Part shown: positions 49,887 to 62,100 of the stretch, in pieces
Layout: each line of letters begins with the position of its first letter
How positions within the stretch are numbered: position 1 is the stretch's first letter
Assembly: GCA_036733165.1 (NCBI GenBank)
Contig: DAINBB010000003.1
Coordinates: 7,546 to 71,545, forward strand
Direction: 5' to 3'
Origin: Halobacteria archaeon
GTDB taxonomy: Archaea > Methanobacteriota_B > Thermococci > Methanofastidiosales > NM3
DNA: 64,000 bases
Program-made: the position numbers and the translations under genes
The notes under the pieces: generated by a model
The model's input: the letters and a program-made list of their open reading frames with translations, nothing else
What the model was told of the DNA's origin: nothing
The model's database searches: none

Positions 49887-50834
49887 ATGGAGTATCTGAT
49901 AATCCTGGCTTCCTTTGCGGTGGCCTTGAGCATAGGCGCCAACGATATGGCGAACGCTATCGGAACGACCGTCGGTTCTAACGTGCTGAGGTACAGGAGG
50001 GCCATCTTGTACGGAGGGATCGCCGTAGGCATAGGGGCGCTTTGGGGCGGGAGCAATACCATCGAGACTGTGGGAAAGGGCGTCATAGACACGACAACAG
50101 TGGAACCCGCGGTCCTTGCGGCCGCGATATTCTGTGCCGCGCTCACCGTGGGCGTTGCAACGTACCTGAGCTTTCCGGTCTCTGCAACACAGGCCCTTGT
50201 AGGTTCCCTCGCCGGCACGGGCATGGCAATGGGCATAGAATTGAACAGTCAGGTCCTCCTCGACATCGCCGTTGTCTGGCTGTTCCTACCATTCCTGTCG
50301 ATGGCCCTGTCGTTCTCCCTTTATTTTGTGATTAGGGTCCCGTTCAGTGCCATATATGGCCGATGGTATGGGGCATACCAGATACTTATCCGGTACCTTG
50401 TCATATTCTCGGGCATACTGGTTGCCTTCTCGTTGGGGACGAACAACATCGGGAACGTGGTCGGCGTCCTGGAGGTGAATTCCGTGTTGGGCACAGTTCC
50501 CTCCGTAGTCCTGGGTGCCGTGGGGATCACCATAGGGGCCTTCTTGTTCTCCCAGGGTGTAATACTGTCGATAGGCAAGCGGATCACCACGCTGGACCCC
50601 CTGCGCGCATTTGTCAGCCAGCTTGCGACGGCGCTTTCGGTCCTTGTATGCACCGCGATTGGCATACCCGTATCATTGAGCCAGGCAATGGTCGGAAGTG
50701 TCATGGGTTGCGGCCTTACAAAGGGCAGGGCATACATAAACAAGGGATTCATGTTAAAGGTGGTCGCCAGCTGGGCGCTTTGTCCCTTGTTATCAGGGCT
50801 GACGATGTATGTGCTCTATGGCATCATAGCCTGA
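49887..50834 (+). CDS. PiT-family inorganic phosphate transporter
   Basis: Twice-repeated GANDxANAIGT motif (GANDMANAIGTTVGS; GTNNIGNVVG). ATG at 49887; the track ORF began at an upstream TTG. Confidence 0.8.
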   Translation: MEYLIILASFAVALSIGANDMANAIGTTVGSNVLRYRRAILYGGIAVGIGALWGGSNTIETVGKGVIDTTTVEPAVLAAAIFCAALTVGVATYLSFPVSATQALVGSLAGTGMAMGIELNSQVLLDIAVVWLFLPFLSMALSFSLYFVIRVPFSAIYGRWYGAYQILIRYLVIFSGILVAFSLGTNNIGNVVGVLEVNSVLGTVPSVVLGAVGITIGAFLFSQGVILSIGKRITTLDPLRAFVSQLATALSVLVCTAIGIPVSLSQAMVGSVMGCGLTKGRAYINKGFMLKVVASWALCPLLSGLTMYVLYGIIA

Positions 50835-51588
50835 TCCTTGTGCCGGGATTCTTGCCTTCCAGCGCCATTCTCAAAGACCCTTTCTTCTCCAGATTCGTGA
50901 TCACTATCTCGTTGATGTGTCCCTTGAACTGCAGTATTTCGTCCAGTTTGCCCTTCATGCCACCGGTGGCATCGCCTGTGGTGCCCGCATCTATCTTTTC
51001 CAATTCGTCGAAAGTTATCTCTTTAAGAAGCTTGGCATTGCCATCGACCTTTGGATCTGTGGTATATATGCCTTCCACATCTGTTAGGAATATTGCCTTG
51101 GAACCGGGATATCTCTCCGCCATTTTCCTCATTATCTGGTCTCCGGAGACTATGCTGAAAGCGTTGGTCCTGTCGTATACCACATCCCCGTACAGTATCG
51201 GCACGAAACCGAGTTTCACCAGGTTATCTATCAATTCCAGATCAAAGTTCTTGATGATGCCGTTGTCGGCGTCCATTATCGCGCTCGTTTGGAGGGCGAA
51301 TGGCCTGCACCCTTCCTTCTCCAACGCCTCCGCTACTATGTTGGACAGCCTCCTCATCGCTATGTTTATCTTGGACACGCCCCTTTTCTGGTCGTCTGTG
51401 CCAATCTTCCCAACGATGTTGTACTTCAGTGCCAATGGATGGCCAAATGACCCGCCCCCATGGCAGATCACCATTTCCTGCCTGGTCCCGGACAGCTCAC
51501 TGGCAAGCGTACAGAGCGCTTCCTTCTTTATGGAGAAAGGGGTCCTCTTGTCAGTCAGGGCCGAGCCCCCCGCCTTGATCAGAATCAT
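50824..51588 (-). CDS. ipk: Isopentenyl phosphate kinase (amino-acid-kinase fold; archaeal mevalonate pathway)
   Basis: MILIKAGGSALTDK…ICHGGGSFGHP matches IPK rather than NAGK. Confidence 0.75.
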   Translation of the reverse strand: MILIKAGGSALTDKRTPFSIKKEALCTLASELSGTRQEMVICHGGGSFGHPLALKYNIVGKIGTDDQKRGVSKINIAMRRLSNIVAEALEKEGCRPFALQTSAIMDADNGIIKNFDLELIDNLVKLGFVPILYGDVVYDRTNAFSIVSGDQIMRKMAERYPGSKAIFLTDVEGIYTTDPKVDGNAKLLKEITFDELEKIDAGTTGDATGGMKGKLDEILQFKGHINEIVITNLEKKGSLRMALEGKNPGTRIRL

Positions 51589-51596
51589 TCCATCAC

Positions 51597-52232
51597 CTAA
51601 AATTTAAGGAAGGATATTGCCCGTGATATGTCCTCTTCGTTCACGATGAAGATGGTGTTTGTCCAACAGCTCATCGTCTCTTTTATGTTTATCCCATGCT
51701 CTCCGAACAATGAGTAGAGGTAGGCGGTCACACCGGCCGTGTTCTCAAGTTCCTGAGGGCTCTTTATGGTGATCATTGCCAGGTCCTCAGACATCTTGAT
51801 GATGTCGTCGCCTATCATGCTCTCCACCGCGTCCTTGTGCTTCTGTGTGGTGATGAGCGTTATGGCGGTGGACCCCTCTATGCTGTAGAAGATGTCCTGC
51901 CTGTCCTTGATCTTGTCCTCCAGTGTGAGGATGATCTTTTGGGGAATCCCCTTCTTGATGATGGCCACCACGATCCTGTTCTTGATCTCAAGCTCGCTCT
52001 TCCTAAGGATCTCCATGACCTTGTCCTCGTGGGTCTTCTTTGGCTTGAGATGTTCGAAGTACCTTCTGCTGGCCACGATGATGGCGTCCTTGCTGGTCTT
52101 TTTCTCGATGTGCATCTCGCCTGCGATCTTTTCCGCCAGTTTGGAATAGTTTATAAGATTGTTCCTTATGCAGTCCTTGATGGATGGATGAGTGTCAATA
52201 TACTCCTTGGTGATCTCTGCAGTTGTTTTCAT
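51597..52232 (-). CDS. COG2150-like putative regulator with ACT domain
   Basis: C-terminal ACT-like beta-alpha-beta-beta-alpha-beta segment. Confidence 0.45.
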   Translation of the reverse strand: MKTTAEITKEYIDTHPSIKDCIRNNLINYSKLAEKIAGEMHIEKKTSKDAIIVASRRYFEHLKPKKTHEDKVMEILRKSELEIKNRIVVAIIKKGIPQKIILTLEDKIKDRQDIFYSIEGSTAITLITTQKHKDAVESMIGDDIIKMSEDLAMITIKSPQELENTAGVTAYLYSLFGEHGINIKETMSCWTNTIFIVNEEDISRAISFLKF

Positions 52233-52390
52233 ATTAAGGGAGTGATATTATTTCTTATATAAATGTTTTTAGAAGAACATTGACGTTTGATATCAAATTG
52301 TTTAAAAATCACTTTATTGTTGTTTGAATAGTTCGAAATTGGTCGATACTTTTAAGTTAATATCAGCACTGCTCATCCTCAGTGATAATA

Positions 52391-53602
52391 ATGGAGAACA
52401 AGAAGGTTATCTTGGCATACAGTGGAGGCCTCGACACATCCATAATACTGAAGTGGCTCGTGGAAAGGGGCAACGAGGTAGTTGCCTACGTCGCCGATGT
52501 AGGGCAGGATGATGATTTCAAGAAGATCGAGGAGAAGGCTTACTATTGCGGAGCCTCAAAGGTATACGTGAGCGACCTCAGGGAGGAGTTCATCACCGAA
52601 TATGTGTTCAGGGCGCTAAAGGCCAATGCGGTCTACGAGGGCACATACCTCCTGGGCACCGCTGTTGCAAGGCCCCTGATAGCCAAGGAGCATGTAAGGA
52701 TCGCCAAGCTCGAGAACGCCACGGTGCTGTGTCATGGCGCCACAGGCAAGGGGAACGACCAGGCGAGATTCGAGATAGGTTACATGGCGCTTATGCCCGA
52801 GGCGGAGATATACAGTCCTTGGAAGGACGCCGAGTTCCTCAATGAGTTCCAGGGCCGAAAGGACATGATCAAGTATGCCGAGGAACATGACATACCCATA
52901 CCGGTGACACTGAAGAAACCATTCTCCATTGATGAGAATCTGTTGCACACGAGCTACGAGGCCGGAATCCTGGAAGACCCGGCAAACAAGTACGATCCTG
53001 CGATGTTCAAAAAAGGCATACATCCAAAGGACGCGCCAGACCAGACGGAGACGATCAAACTGACGTTCAAGGAAGGCGTCCCTGTGGAAGTGGAAAATCT
53101 TGGCACCGGAGCCTCCTACACGGATCCGTTGGAGCTCTTCACATACCTCAACGATCTTGGTTACAAGCACGGGATAGGGATTGTCGACATGGTGGAGAAC
53201 AGATTGATGGGAATGAAGTCACGTGGTGTGTACGTGACCCCTGGCGGCACGATACTCTATAACGCCCACAAGGACCTTGAGACGATAACGTTGGACAAGG
53301 AAGTGCAGCATTACAAGCTCCTTATGTCCTCCGAGATAGGAAGGATAATATACAACGGCCTCTGGTTCTCGCCGGAAATGGAGTTCCTGATGGCCGCCAT
53401 CGACAACAGCCAGAAAAGCGTCAATGGCGAGGTAGAGATGTGCCTTTATAAAGGAAATGCCATCGTCACGTCGAGAACATCCGAGAACTCTTTATATAAT
53501 GAGGGCATAGCTTCAATGGACATCAACGGAGACTATGACCAGACGGACGCAAAGGGATTCATAAGGATCTATGGACTGAGATTGAGAGGCAGGTACCAGT
53601 AG
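52391..53602 (+). CDS. argG: Argininosuccinate synthase
   Basis: ILAYSGGLDTS PP-loop and a conserved C-terminal region. Start moved to ATG 52391. Confidence 0.9.
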   Translation: MENKKVILAYSGGLDTSIILKWLVERGNEVVAYVADVGQDDDFKKIEEKAYYCGASKVYVSDLREEFITEYVFRALKANAVYEGTYLLGTAVARPLIAKEHVRIAKLENATVLCHGATGKGNDQARFEIGYMALMPEAEIYSPWKDAEFLNEFQGRKDMIKYAEEHDIPIPVTLKKPFSIDENLLHTSYEAGILEDPANKYDPAMFKKGIHPKDAPDQTETIKLTFKEGVPVEVENLGTGASYTDPLELFTYLNDLGYKHGIGIVDMVENRLMGMKSRGVYVTPGGTILYNAHKDLETITLDKEVQHYKLLMSSEIGRIIYNGLWFSPEMEFLMAAIDNSQKSVNGEVEMCLYKGNAIVTSRTSENSLYNEGIASMDINGDYDQTDAKGFIRIYGLRLRGRYQ

Positions 53603-54790
53603 ATGAAGCTGTGGGAAAAGAACATACCACATGATGAGGACGCATCAGAGTTCTCGGCAGGAAAGGACAAGGTTCAGGACGACCTGCTACTGCCATACGA
53701 TTGCAAGGCATCCATCGCGCATGCCAAGGGACTTTGCAAGATAGGCATGCTCACAGATGCCGAGACGGATGAGATCGTGGGCGTGCTGGAGGACATCATA
53801 TCCGCACATGCCGAGGGCAAATTCTCCTTGACGGACGAGGACGAGGACTGTCACAGCGCCATAGAGCGTCATCTCACCGAGCGATTGGGCGACGTGGGCA
53901 GGAAGATACATACCTGCCGTTCAAGGAACGACCAGGTGCTCTGCGCGCTCAGGCTCTACTACATAGACAGCATGGACGACATATCGCACAGCGCCATCAA
54001 CCTGATAACGTCCCTTCACGACTTTCTCGAGAAACATGGAAAGACAGAGTTCCCCGGACACACCCATACCCGCAAGGCCATGCCCACCTCCGTCAAGGAC
54101 TGGGCCATGGGATATATAGCGTGCGTCAAGGACAGTATCGCGATCATGGACTTCCTGGTCAAGATGCTGAGGTCGAATCCTTTGGGCACGGGGGCCGGTT
54201 ATGGTCTGCCCATTGAGACGGACAGGAAATTTGTAGCGAGGGAGCTCGGTTTCGGGACGATCGATGTCAATGGCATATATTCCCAGCTGAGCAGGACCAA
54301 GCACGAGAAGATGATAATGTGCTCTCTCTCGGCCGCCATGTACGACCTGAACAGGATGGCCAGCGACCTGATATTGTTCACCTACCCTGATATAGGCTAC
54401 TTCGTCCTCGATAGGTCCCTCACCACAGGTTCCTCCATAATGCCACAGAAGACCAACCCCGACGTGCTCGAGATAATAAGGGGGTATTATTCCGTCATAC
54501 AGGGATATGAGCTGCAGACATCCACATTGTCGCAAAATCTCATATCAGGCTACCACAGGGACCTCCAGCTCTCTAAATCGGCCATCTTCGAGTCCTTCGG
54601 GATAGTTGACAGATGCCTTGACATGATGGCCAAGGTGATAGATTCCCTTTCGGTCTCCCCCGAGAAATGCAAAGAGGCCCTTACCGACGACATCTATCTG
54701 ACGATGAAGGCATATGAGCTCGTGAAAAAGGGCATACCTTTCAGGACAGCGTATCAGCAGGTTGCCAATGAGTACCTCGATGAGGAGTAA
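53603..54790 (+). CDS. argH: Argininosuccinate lyase
   Basis: Fumarate-lyase signature GSSIMPQKTNPD; abuts the argG stop. Confidence 0.9.
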   Translation: MKLWEKNIPHDEDASEFSAGKDKVQDDLLLPYDCKASIAHAKGLCKIGMLTDAETDEIVGVLEDIISAHAEGKFSLTDEDEDCHSAIERHLTERLGDVGRKIHTCRSRNDQVLCALRLYYIDSMDDISHSAINLITSLHDFLEKHGKTEFPGHTHTRKAMPTSVKDWAMGYIACVKDSIAIMDFLVKMLRSNPLGTGAGYGLPIETDRKFVARELGFGTIDVNGIYSQLSRTKHEKMIMCSLSAAMYDLNRMASDLILFTYPDIGYFVLDRSLTTGSSIMPQKTNPDVLEIIRGYYSVIQGYELQTSTLSQNLISGYHRDLQLSKSAIFESFGIVDRCLDMMAKVIDSLSVSPEKCKEALTDDIYLTMKAYELVKKGIPFRTAYQQVANEYLDEE

Positions 54791-54797
54791 ATTATTA

Positions 54798-55910
54798 ATG
54801 TTTGCTGATTCATCTATCTCTGGTGTTAATTTGCTTGATATTGAGGATTATCTTGAGGACAGCAAGAAGGTCATAGAACCGTTGATAGAGAGGGCGCTTC
54901 CAAAGGTCATCAGCGAGAACTATATTAACTATTTATCAGGGCGGCCATCCTATGCCTACGACACGATGGCCCTTAACAAGGGCATAAGCGAACCTGTTTG
55001 GGATTTTCTCTCCAGGGGCGGCAAGAGATGGAGACCAGCGCTCTTCCTCCTGATAACGAAGGCCCTTGGCGGGGATCTGGACAGGACAAGGCCCTTTGCC
55101 GCGATACCGGAGCTGGTCCACAACGGCACGATAATCATTGACGACATCGAGGACGGTGCGGACACCAGAAGGGGAAAGCCCAGCCTTCATCTCAAGTTCG
55201 GCGTTGACACTGCCATCAACTCTGGAAATGCCATATACTTCATACCCTTGGCGATAATAGAGGCGAACAAGGGCAGATTCGCCGAGGAGGTGTTGCTGGA
55301 CCTTTATTCTGTATATTCCAAGGAGATGATAAACGTTCACATGGGACAGGCGATGGACATAGCCTGGCATCGCGGGGAGAGGGATCCTTCCGAGATAGAT
55401 GAAATGCAGTACATGCAGATGTGCGCCTACAAGACAGGGACCCTTGCCAGGATGTCGGCGAAGCTTGCCGCCGTCCTTTCTGGCGCCAGCGACGAGCAGC
55501 TGGACGCCTTGGGAAGATTTGCAGAGTCCATAGGCATAGCCTTTCAGATACAGGACGACATACTCGACATCGTGACAAGCGGAGAGGAAAGGGAGAAGTT
55601 CGGAAAACCGTACGGCAACGACATCACGGAAGGCAAGATAACCCTGATAGTCATCAAGACGCTCCACAAGGCAGACGCGAGGGACAGGAAGGCGCTCACT
55701 AGGATACTGCAGTCCCATACCAAGAACAAGCGTTCCATAGACGCGGCCATCCGCATCATCGAGAAGTACGGCGCCATAGAGGAATGTGAGAAAGTGGCCC
55801 GTTCACTTGTCGAATCGTCTTGGGAAAAAGCCGAGAAAGTTATCCCAGACGGACATTCTAAGGATGTTTTGGGGGCATTTGCTAACTTCTTAATTGAAAG
55901 AAAACTATAA
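54798..55910 (+). CDS. Geranylgeranyl diphosphate synthase (trans-polyprenyl synthetase) with an approximately 40-aa N-terminal extension
   Basis: FARM IIIDDIEDGADTRRG and SARM FQIQDDILD. Start set at ATG 54798 (RBS GAGGAG 54783-54788). Confidence 0.8.
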   Translation: MFADSSISGVNLLDIEDYLEDSKKVIEPLIERALPKVISENYINYLSGRPSYAYDTMALNKGISEPVWDFLSRGGKRWRPALFLLITKALGGDLDRTRPFAAIPELVHNGTIIIDDIEDGADTRRGKPSLHLKFGVDTAINSGNAIYFIPLAIIEANKGRFAEEVLLDLYSVYSKEMINVHMGQAMDIAWHRGERDPSEIDEMQYMQMCAYKTGTLARMSAKLAAVLSGASDEQLDALGRFAESIGIAFQIQDDILDIVTSGEEREKFGKPYGNDITEGKITLIVIKTLHKADARDRKALTRILQSHTKNKRSIDAAIRIIEKYGAIEECEKVARSLVESSWEKAEKVIPDGHSKDVLGAFANFLIERKL

Positions 55911-56159
55911 TTTTGCTTTTTTCTTCAATTGAATTTTAGTATTTACAATGTAGTAATTGCATTATTTCCTTATTTTTTTTATTTTACAGTAAAACCACTG
56001 CAAAAAGTATTTAAAGGAAAAGTTACATTAAATGCCTATATAGCTATACGGAGTGTTGGAGCGTGAACATGTTCGAAAAAGTAATCCAATTAGTTAATGG
56101 TATATTTACACACGATTCTGATACAGATTTTGTCAATGATAAGTATGGTTGGAGGTTTA

Positions 56160-59100
56160 ATGATGCGACCTGTATATAAGAAGGGAATTTCGATATTATT
56201 TGGAATATTGATCGTTATGAGCCTCGTCTACATCAACGTCGGCTCCACCCGTGCGGCATCTGCCATCACTGGCGCTACTGATGCCGTTTGGTACGACACG
56301 GACGGAAATGGGGTCTTCGATGCTGGAGAGGGGATTGGGAACATCAATGTTTATCTGGACAATTCAGGGGTGGTAGTTGCAACAACGGATGCCAACGGTT
56401 CCTTCCCTGATGTGTTCGCAACCGCTGATTCAGACCTTGATTGGGATGGAGAGCACTATCTAACATTCAAGGCTGATGGTTTCAGGACTGTGACATACAA
56501 TGTCAGCAACGTTGCTGGGGTATATGCTCTTCCGGCAGGGTCGGTCCAGATGGTCACCCAGGACAGCATTTACGGAAGGGTGGTCGACGACGACGGACAA
56601 CCGGTGGCGGGCATCACCATCGAGGCATTGGTGTATGGCACAGGCATCGTGGCCACCGATGTTGTCGGGGGAACGGCCCAGACGGTCACTGATCAGTACG
56701 GTAATTATGTTATAAAGGGATTGCCGGCGGCCACTTACGACATAAGGTCCAAGAAGGCCGAGTACATAACCCAGATCCTGACCGGTGTGAAGGTCGTTTA
56801 CGGCAAGACAACGGAGAACGTCAACTTCACGATGGTGCCTAACTACGGGTCCATCACGGGTCATGTGACAGACGGCGCGACGCCGATACAGGGCGCTGTC
56901 GTCTCCATACCAGGCCTTGGACTATCCGCCGTCACGGACTCGAACGGACAGTACACCATAACGGATGTAATGCCGGGCAGCTACACGATGATATGTGAGA
57001 AGGACGGTTACAAGATATGTGTTCTATACTATAATGACACTGGATCGTCCTATGCTTGCAACCCTGCCGACTATTCGCCATTCGTCCAACCAGGTCCGTC
57101 CGTGACACCTGTCTCTGCAGACTTCAACCTGGAGCCTGAACCGCTGACACCGGTGAATGGATACATCTCAGGTCTCCTCACTGATGAGGACGGGACCCCG
57201 ATAGAATGCGCATATGTGACAATTCCGGGGCTGGGAATGGAAGTGTGCACTGACAAGGGCGGCTACTACATATTCGAGGAAGTTCCCAACGGGGAGTACG
57301 ATGTGTTGGCCCAGGACCCCAATCCAACCACGGGGACCTTGGAACACAAGTCGGCGAAGGCGAGAATTGATGTGATACAGGGCGAGAACTCAGATGCCGA
57401 CTTTTCACTGGACAACAACACGGGTTTCATCGTTGGACAGATATATGATAAGGATGCATTGCCCGTCAGCGGCGCGTCTGTGACCATACCGAACTCCACA
57501 ATATCCTCACTTACCGACCTGAACGGCTGGTATGCCCTTGAGGATGTCGATGTGTGCAGGTATTCCGTATATGACTACACTGCGGAAACGATCACCTACG
57601 TAGTGGCCAATGTTGTCGTAAAGGCATCAAATTCGGACTACAACTCCAACACGCTGATAGTGGAGCCCATACCTGCGAACGGTTCGTACTATAATACATA
57701 TAATATTAATATATTCAAGAAAACTGGCGTCATCAAGGGACAGGTCTATGAAGTAGGGACCGGACAGCCTATCGAGAACGCTAGGGTCAGGGTCTACGGC
57801 AGGGAGGCCATCACCGACGAGAGTGGCGTTTACGAGTTCGTAGGCGTCCCTGTGGGAAGTTACACTGTCGTCGCAGGTGAGGGCCCTGAACAGACATACA
57901 CCGAGACGACCTATGACATAGTCATAGCGACCAACGTGACCGTAGGATCAAATGCGCAGACGATGAAGAACTTCTATCTCCCTGACGACACCAGCTCGCT
58001 CTACGGATACGTATCTGGCATATTATACGATGATGTCAACGGGAGCTCGGGCTTCTCTGAAGGCGAGGGTCTCTCTGGCGTCACCGTTGAGATACCTGGA
58101 TACTCCATTGTGGAGACCGATGACTTCGGATTCTATATAGTCTCAGCCGATGCCGGTGACCATTATCAGGTCATATACGGCGACGACTACGAGTGGGTGA
58201 ACAACGGGCTTGTCACATTCACAAGCGATGTTGAGGATCCGGGCAACGACCTTGAACTTGTCAGGAAGACCGGAGAGCTTATAGGAAACGTTAGCGAGGA
58301 CGGCGCGCCTGTCGAGAGTGCCGAGCTGTGGGTTCCCCAATATGACAACGATTGGGAAGAGGGGTCCACATCGGTAGTACAGGTGACATCCGACGCATAT
58401 GGTAACTACGCCTTCGCAGATTCCTATTCATTGGAGAAGGGCAGACATCTTCTCGTAGTCCAGAGATGGGACGACGGAAACATGTCATTCGAGTTCGACT
58501 TATCATTCGTCAACATAGCATCGACCGTTACCAAGAACGTGTCCCTAACACGTGAGACGGGACGCGTCGAGGGTTACGCATGGGACGACCTCGATGGCGA
58601 TGGCCTCAAGGACGTTAGCGAGCCATACCTTCCGGACGTGGAAGTGTCTCTCTCGAAGGTTTACTCGACGATGACAGACAGCACGGGTTACTACACGATA
58701 TTGGACGTGCCTGTCACCTTGGACAGGTCGACCACACATCCGACACCCGCATACGAGATAAACAGGTACACCGGCATAGCCTACCTTACAGGTTATGACA
58801 CCGAGACCTACGTCATCGATCCGCCTGTGGCTGCCGATCCGGAGATATACGATCACACGAGCATTGCCACAGTAGAATACGTGGACTGCAACAACATAGC
58901 GATATTTGAGGACATATCACTCTCAGATGTCACGACAAACATCGACTATCCCTTGGACAAGGCCGACCCTCTGCCAGTGACAGGGTCCGTGTCGGGCTAT
59001 GTGAACCTTGACATGAATCTGATAAATGCAGAGGCCGAGGTCTGGATAGAGGGCACGAACATGAACACATGGTCGGACATCGAAGGATTCTGGATAATCC

Positions 59101-62100
59101 TGGACGTGTCCCCTGACAACTATGCGATACAGGCCGGAAAGCCCAACTACGTGTCCCAGATACAGGCGAACGTGCCGATAATAGAGGGATACGAGAGTGA
59201 GAACATAGACTTCTCCCTGGAGAAGGACGGTTTCATATATGGTACCGTCTTTGAGGACATAGACCACGATGGGATAAAGGACGCGACAGACGTCCCGATA
59301 CAGGGCGCTGTGGTCACCATCGCTGGCAAACAGGTCTACACTGACTCCAATGGAGAGTTCATCATAGACGACGTCTATGCCAACGCCCCCTACAACGGGT
59401 ACACAGTGACGGCAACGAAGCAGAACTACACGATGGACGTCGAGTATGATGTGGAGGTCATACACGCCGATCCAAACGGCACAGAGGTCAACTTCCTCCT
59501 TGAGAAGTATGAAGGATTCTTCATAGGCAAGGTATCTGACCACTCCACCATGGATGGCATTGCGAACATTGATGTCTATGCCATGGACGATCTGATCACC
59601 AACAACACCGAGACGGGAACGACGGACGACGCAGGTTACTATGTGATCGAGGCCAACAGGGGCACATACACGCTCCAGGCCCCCATGGAACCAAACGCGA
59701 CCGACTATGTCACCAAGGAGATCTACGACGCTTCCCTCGGCGGGTACTCGATAACCAGGGAGAACTTCGTGCTGTGGGACGAGACGACAATGCCTGACAA
59801 CAATGTGTTCGGCATCGTTTACCGTGATGACAATTCAAACTCGACCTATGATGACGGAGAGGAGATCGGTGGCGTCCAGGTGTCCATACCGGGCCTTGGC
59901 ATGACAGTGATCAGCGCCACGGACCTGACGGACCCGGACGGGACGCCGAACTCTGGGGACGAGTACAACTACATATTCATGGATGTCCCGAACAACGGCT
60001 ATCATTACACCGTCACTGCAAAGATGGCCATCCCAGGAACATCGCCTACCCAGTACATAATCGAGTACATAGTGAATGTCGAACCTTCGACAACGGTCCA
60101 GTGGAACATAGGGATGGAATGGCCTCCGACGAGCCCGTACGACTCGTGGATAGAGGGCATAGTGTTCTGGGATGAGAACGGCAACGGCACGGTCGACGAG
60201 AACGAGAGACTGGCCGATATGGACGTTTACATACCAGGGTCATCCGTCGACAACGAGGTCGCCACGGCATTCCTGACGGCCGTTACGGACTCCACGGGAT
60301 ACTACATCATAGATGACATCCCTTCAAGGATAGATGACGTGTCAGTGACATGCACGGTCCTTGCAGGGGAGCCAAGTGCCACCGCAATCTATGAGATTGG
60401 GATCCAGAGGAATCTCCCGATCCAGTCAGGACTGGGCACATGGATAGACTTCCCGCTCGTGAGGACGACATCGTACACCTCGGCATACATCTTTGGAGAG
60501 GTGTACTTCGATGCCGATGACTCTGGCACATACGACGTTGATGATACTCCCTACACCGAGGGCATACTCAATGCCACACTCACAATAGGTTCGGACACGC
60601 AGACGACCGACAGCTTCGGTTTCTACATATTCGACGGGCTCACGGCGAACCAGACATATCTGGTAAACGTCACCGCAAACGGTTATGAGGACCACAACGA
60701 GTATGAGACCGCCAAACTCGGTTACAACGCGAAGGTGAACTTCTCAATGACAAAGGAGGCCAACTCCATATCTGGCTTCGTCTTCGAAGACGTCAATGAG
60801 AACGGTATACTGGACGCGGGCGACAAGATAATCAACGCCAAGATAACCGCGGTCAAGGACGGTGGCGGAAACTATGAGGCTTACACGGACGCCACAGGTT
60901 TCTACCTGCTTCCAAATCTGCCGGTTGGCGACTATGACATAGTGTGCACGCAGATCGTCAGCGGTCTTGAGCTTCCGGAATACCAGGACTGGACGTATCT
61001 TGACAATCCGGTGACCATCACCGCAGGCAACGCGGCCACGGTGGACATCCCGATGGCAAGGTACTATGTCGATGTCGACGGAACTGTCACGGATTCGGAC
61101 ACGTCGATGGCAATAGTGAACGTTACAGTGGCTTGGTACTCTCCAGATGACTTCGTAACGCCTAGATATATAGCACTTACAGACCTTTACGGAGATTGGA
61201 GCACCAGCGCCAACCCTGGCTCGGATGATGACTGGAACCATGCTGACCTTGATGGCGACGGAATTGTCGACCCAGACGAGGTCGGCGTACCTGTAGGCAC
61301 ATGGTACGTGGTATTCTCCGCAACAGGATACAACACCACTTCAAAGTGGGTGGTGCTGGACTATGATGACTATCCGGGACCAATAACGATCGACATTGAG
61401 CTTGATCCGACATCGGCCGATGTCGGCACCCTGGAAGGTTCCGTGACCAACAATAATGGCGGCACACCGATAGAGAACGCCACGATCACGGCAACGAACC
61501 AGACCACGCTTGACATATTTGCCATACAGAGCCTGGCCGACGGCAGCTACTCGCTAGTGGTGCCGGAGGGAACATACGATATAGTGTGCTCCAGGGTCGG
61601 ATTCGTCAGCGAGACTGTGACAAATGTCGTTGTGGGAATAGGCGCCACCGTCACCAACGACTTTGGCCTTGACCCGGCCGGAGGACTTGGCGACATCGTA
61701 GTGAACGTTGAGGACGAAAGCATGAATCCGCTCGACGATGTGCTCGTGACGGTATGGTACCAGAGCCCGACATCGAATCTGTTCGAGATCATCGTGGATG
61801 GCCTCACGACCGCTGGAACGATCACGTTCGTGGACGTGCCGGAAGGCACGTACTATGTATGTGCATCCGACAACGACAACGACAGGATAATGCAGACCGA
61901 GGAAGTGGTCCTCGCTGCAAATGCCACAGAGACAGTGGACTTCACGCTTGTTGACGGAACATCATCGACGATAACGCTTGACGGAACGACATCGCAGTGG
62001 TACCTGCTTTCGCTGCCGGTACTGGTCGAGGACGATACCTTCTGGCCGGCACTGCTATACGCAAGCGGTATAGACCTGACGGATTGGGACATGATAGCTT

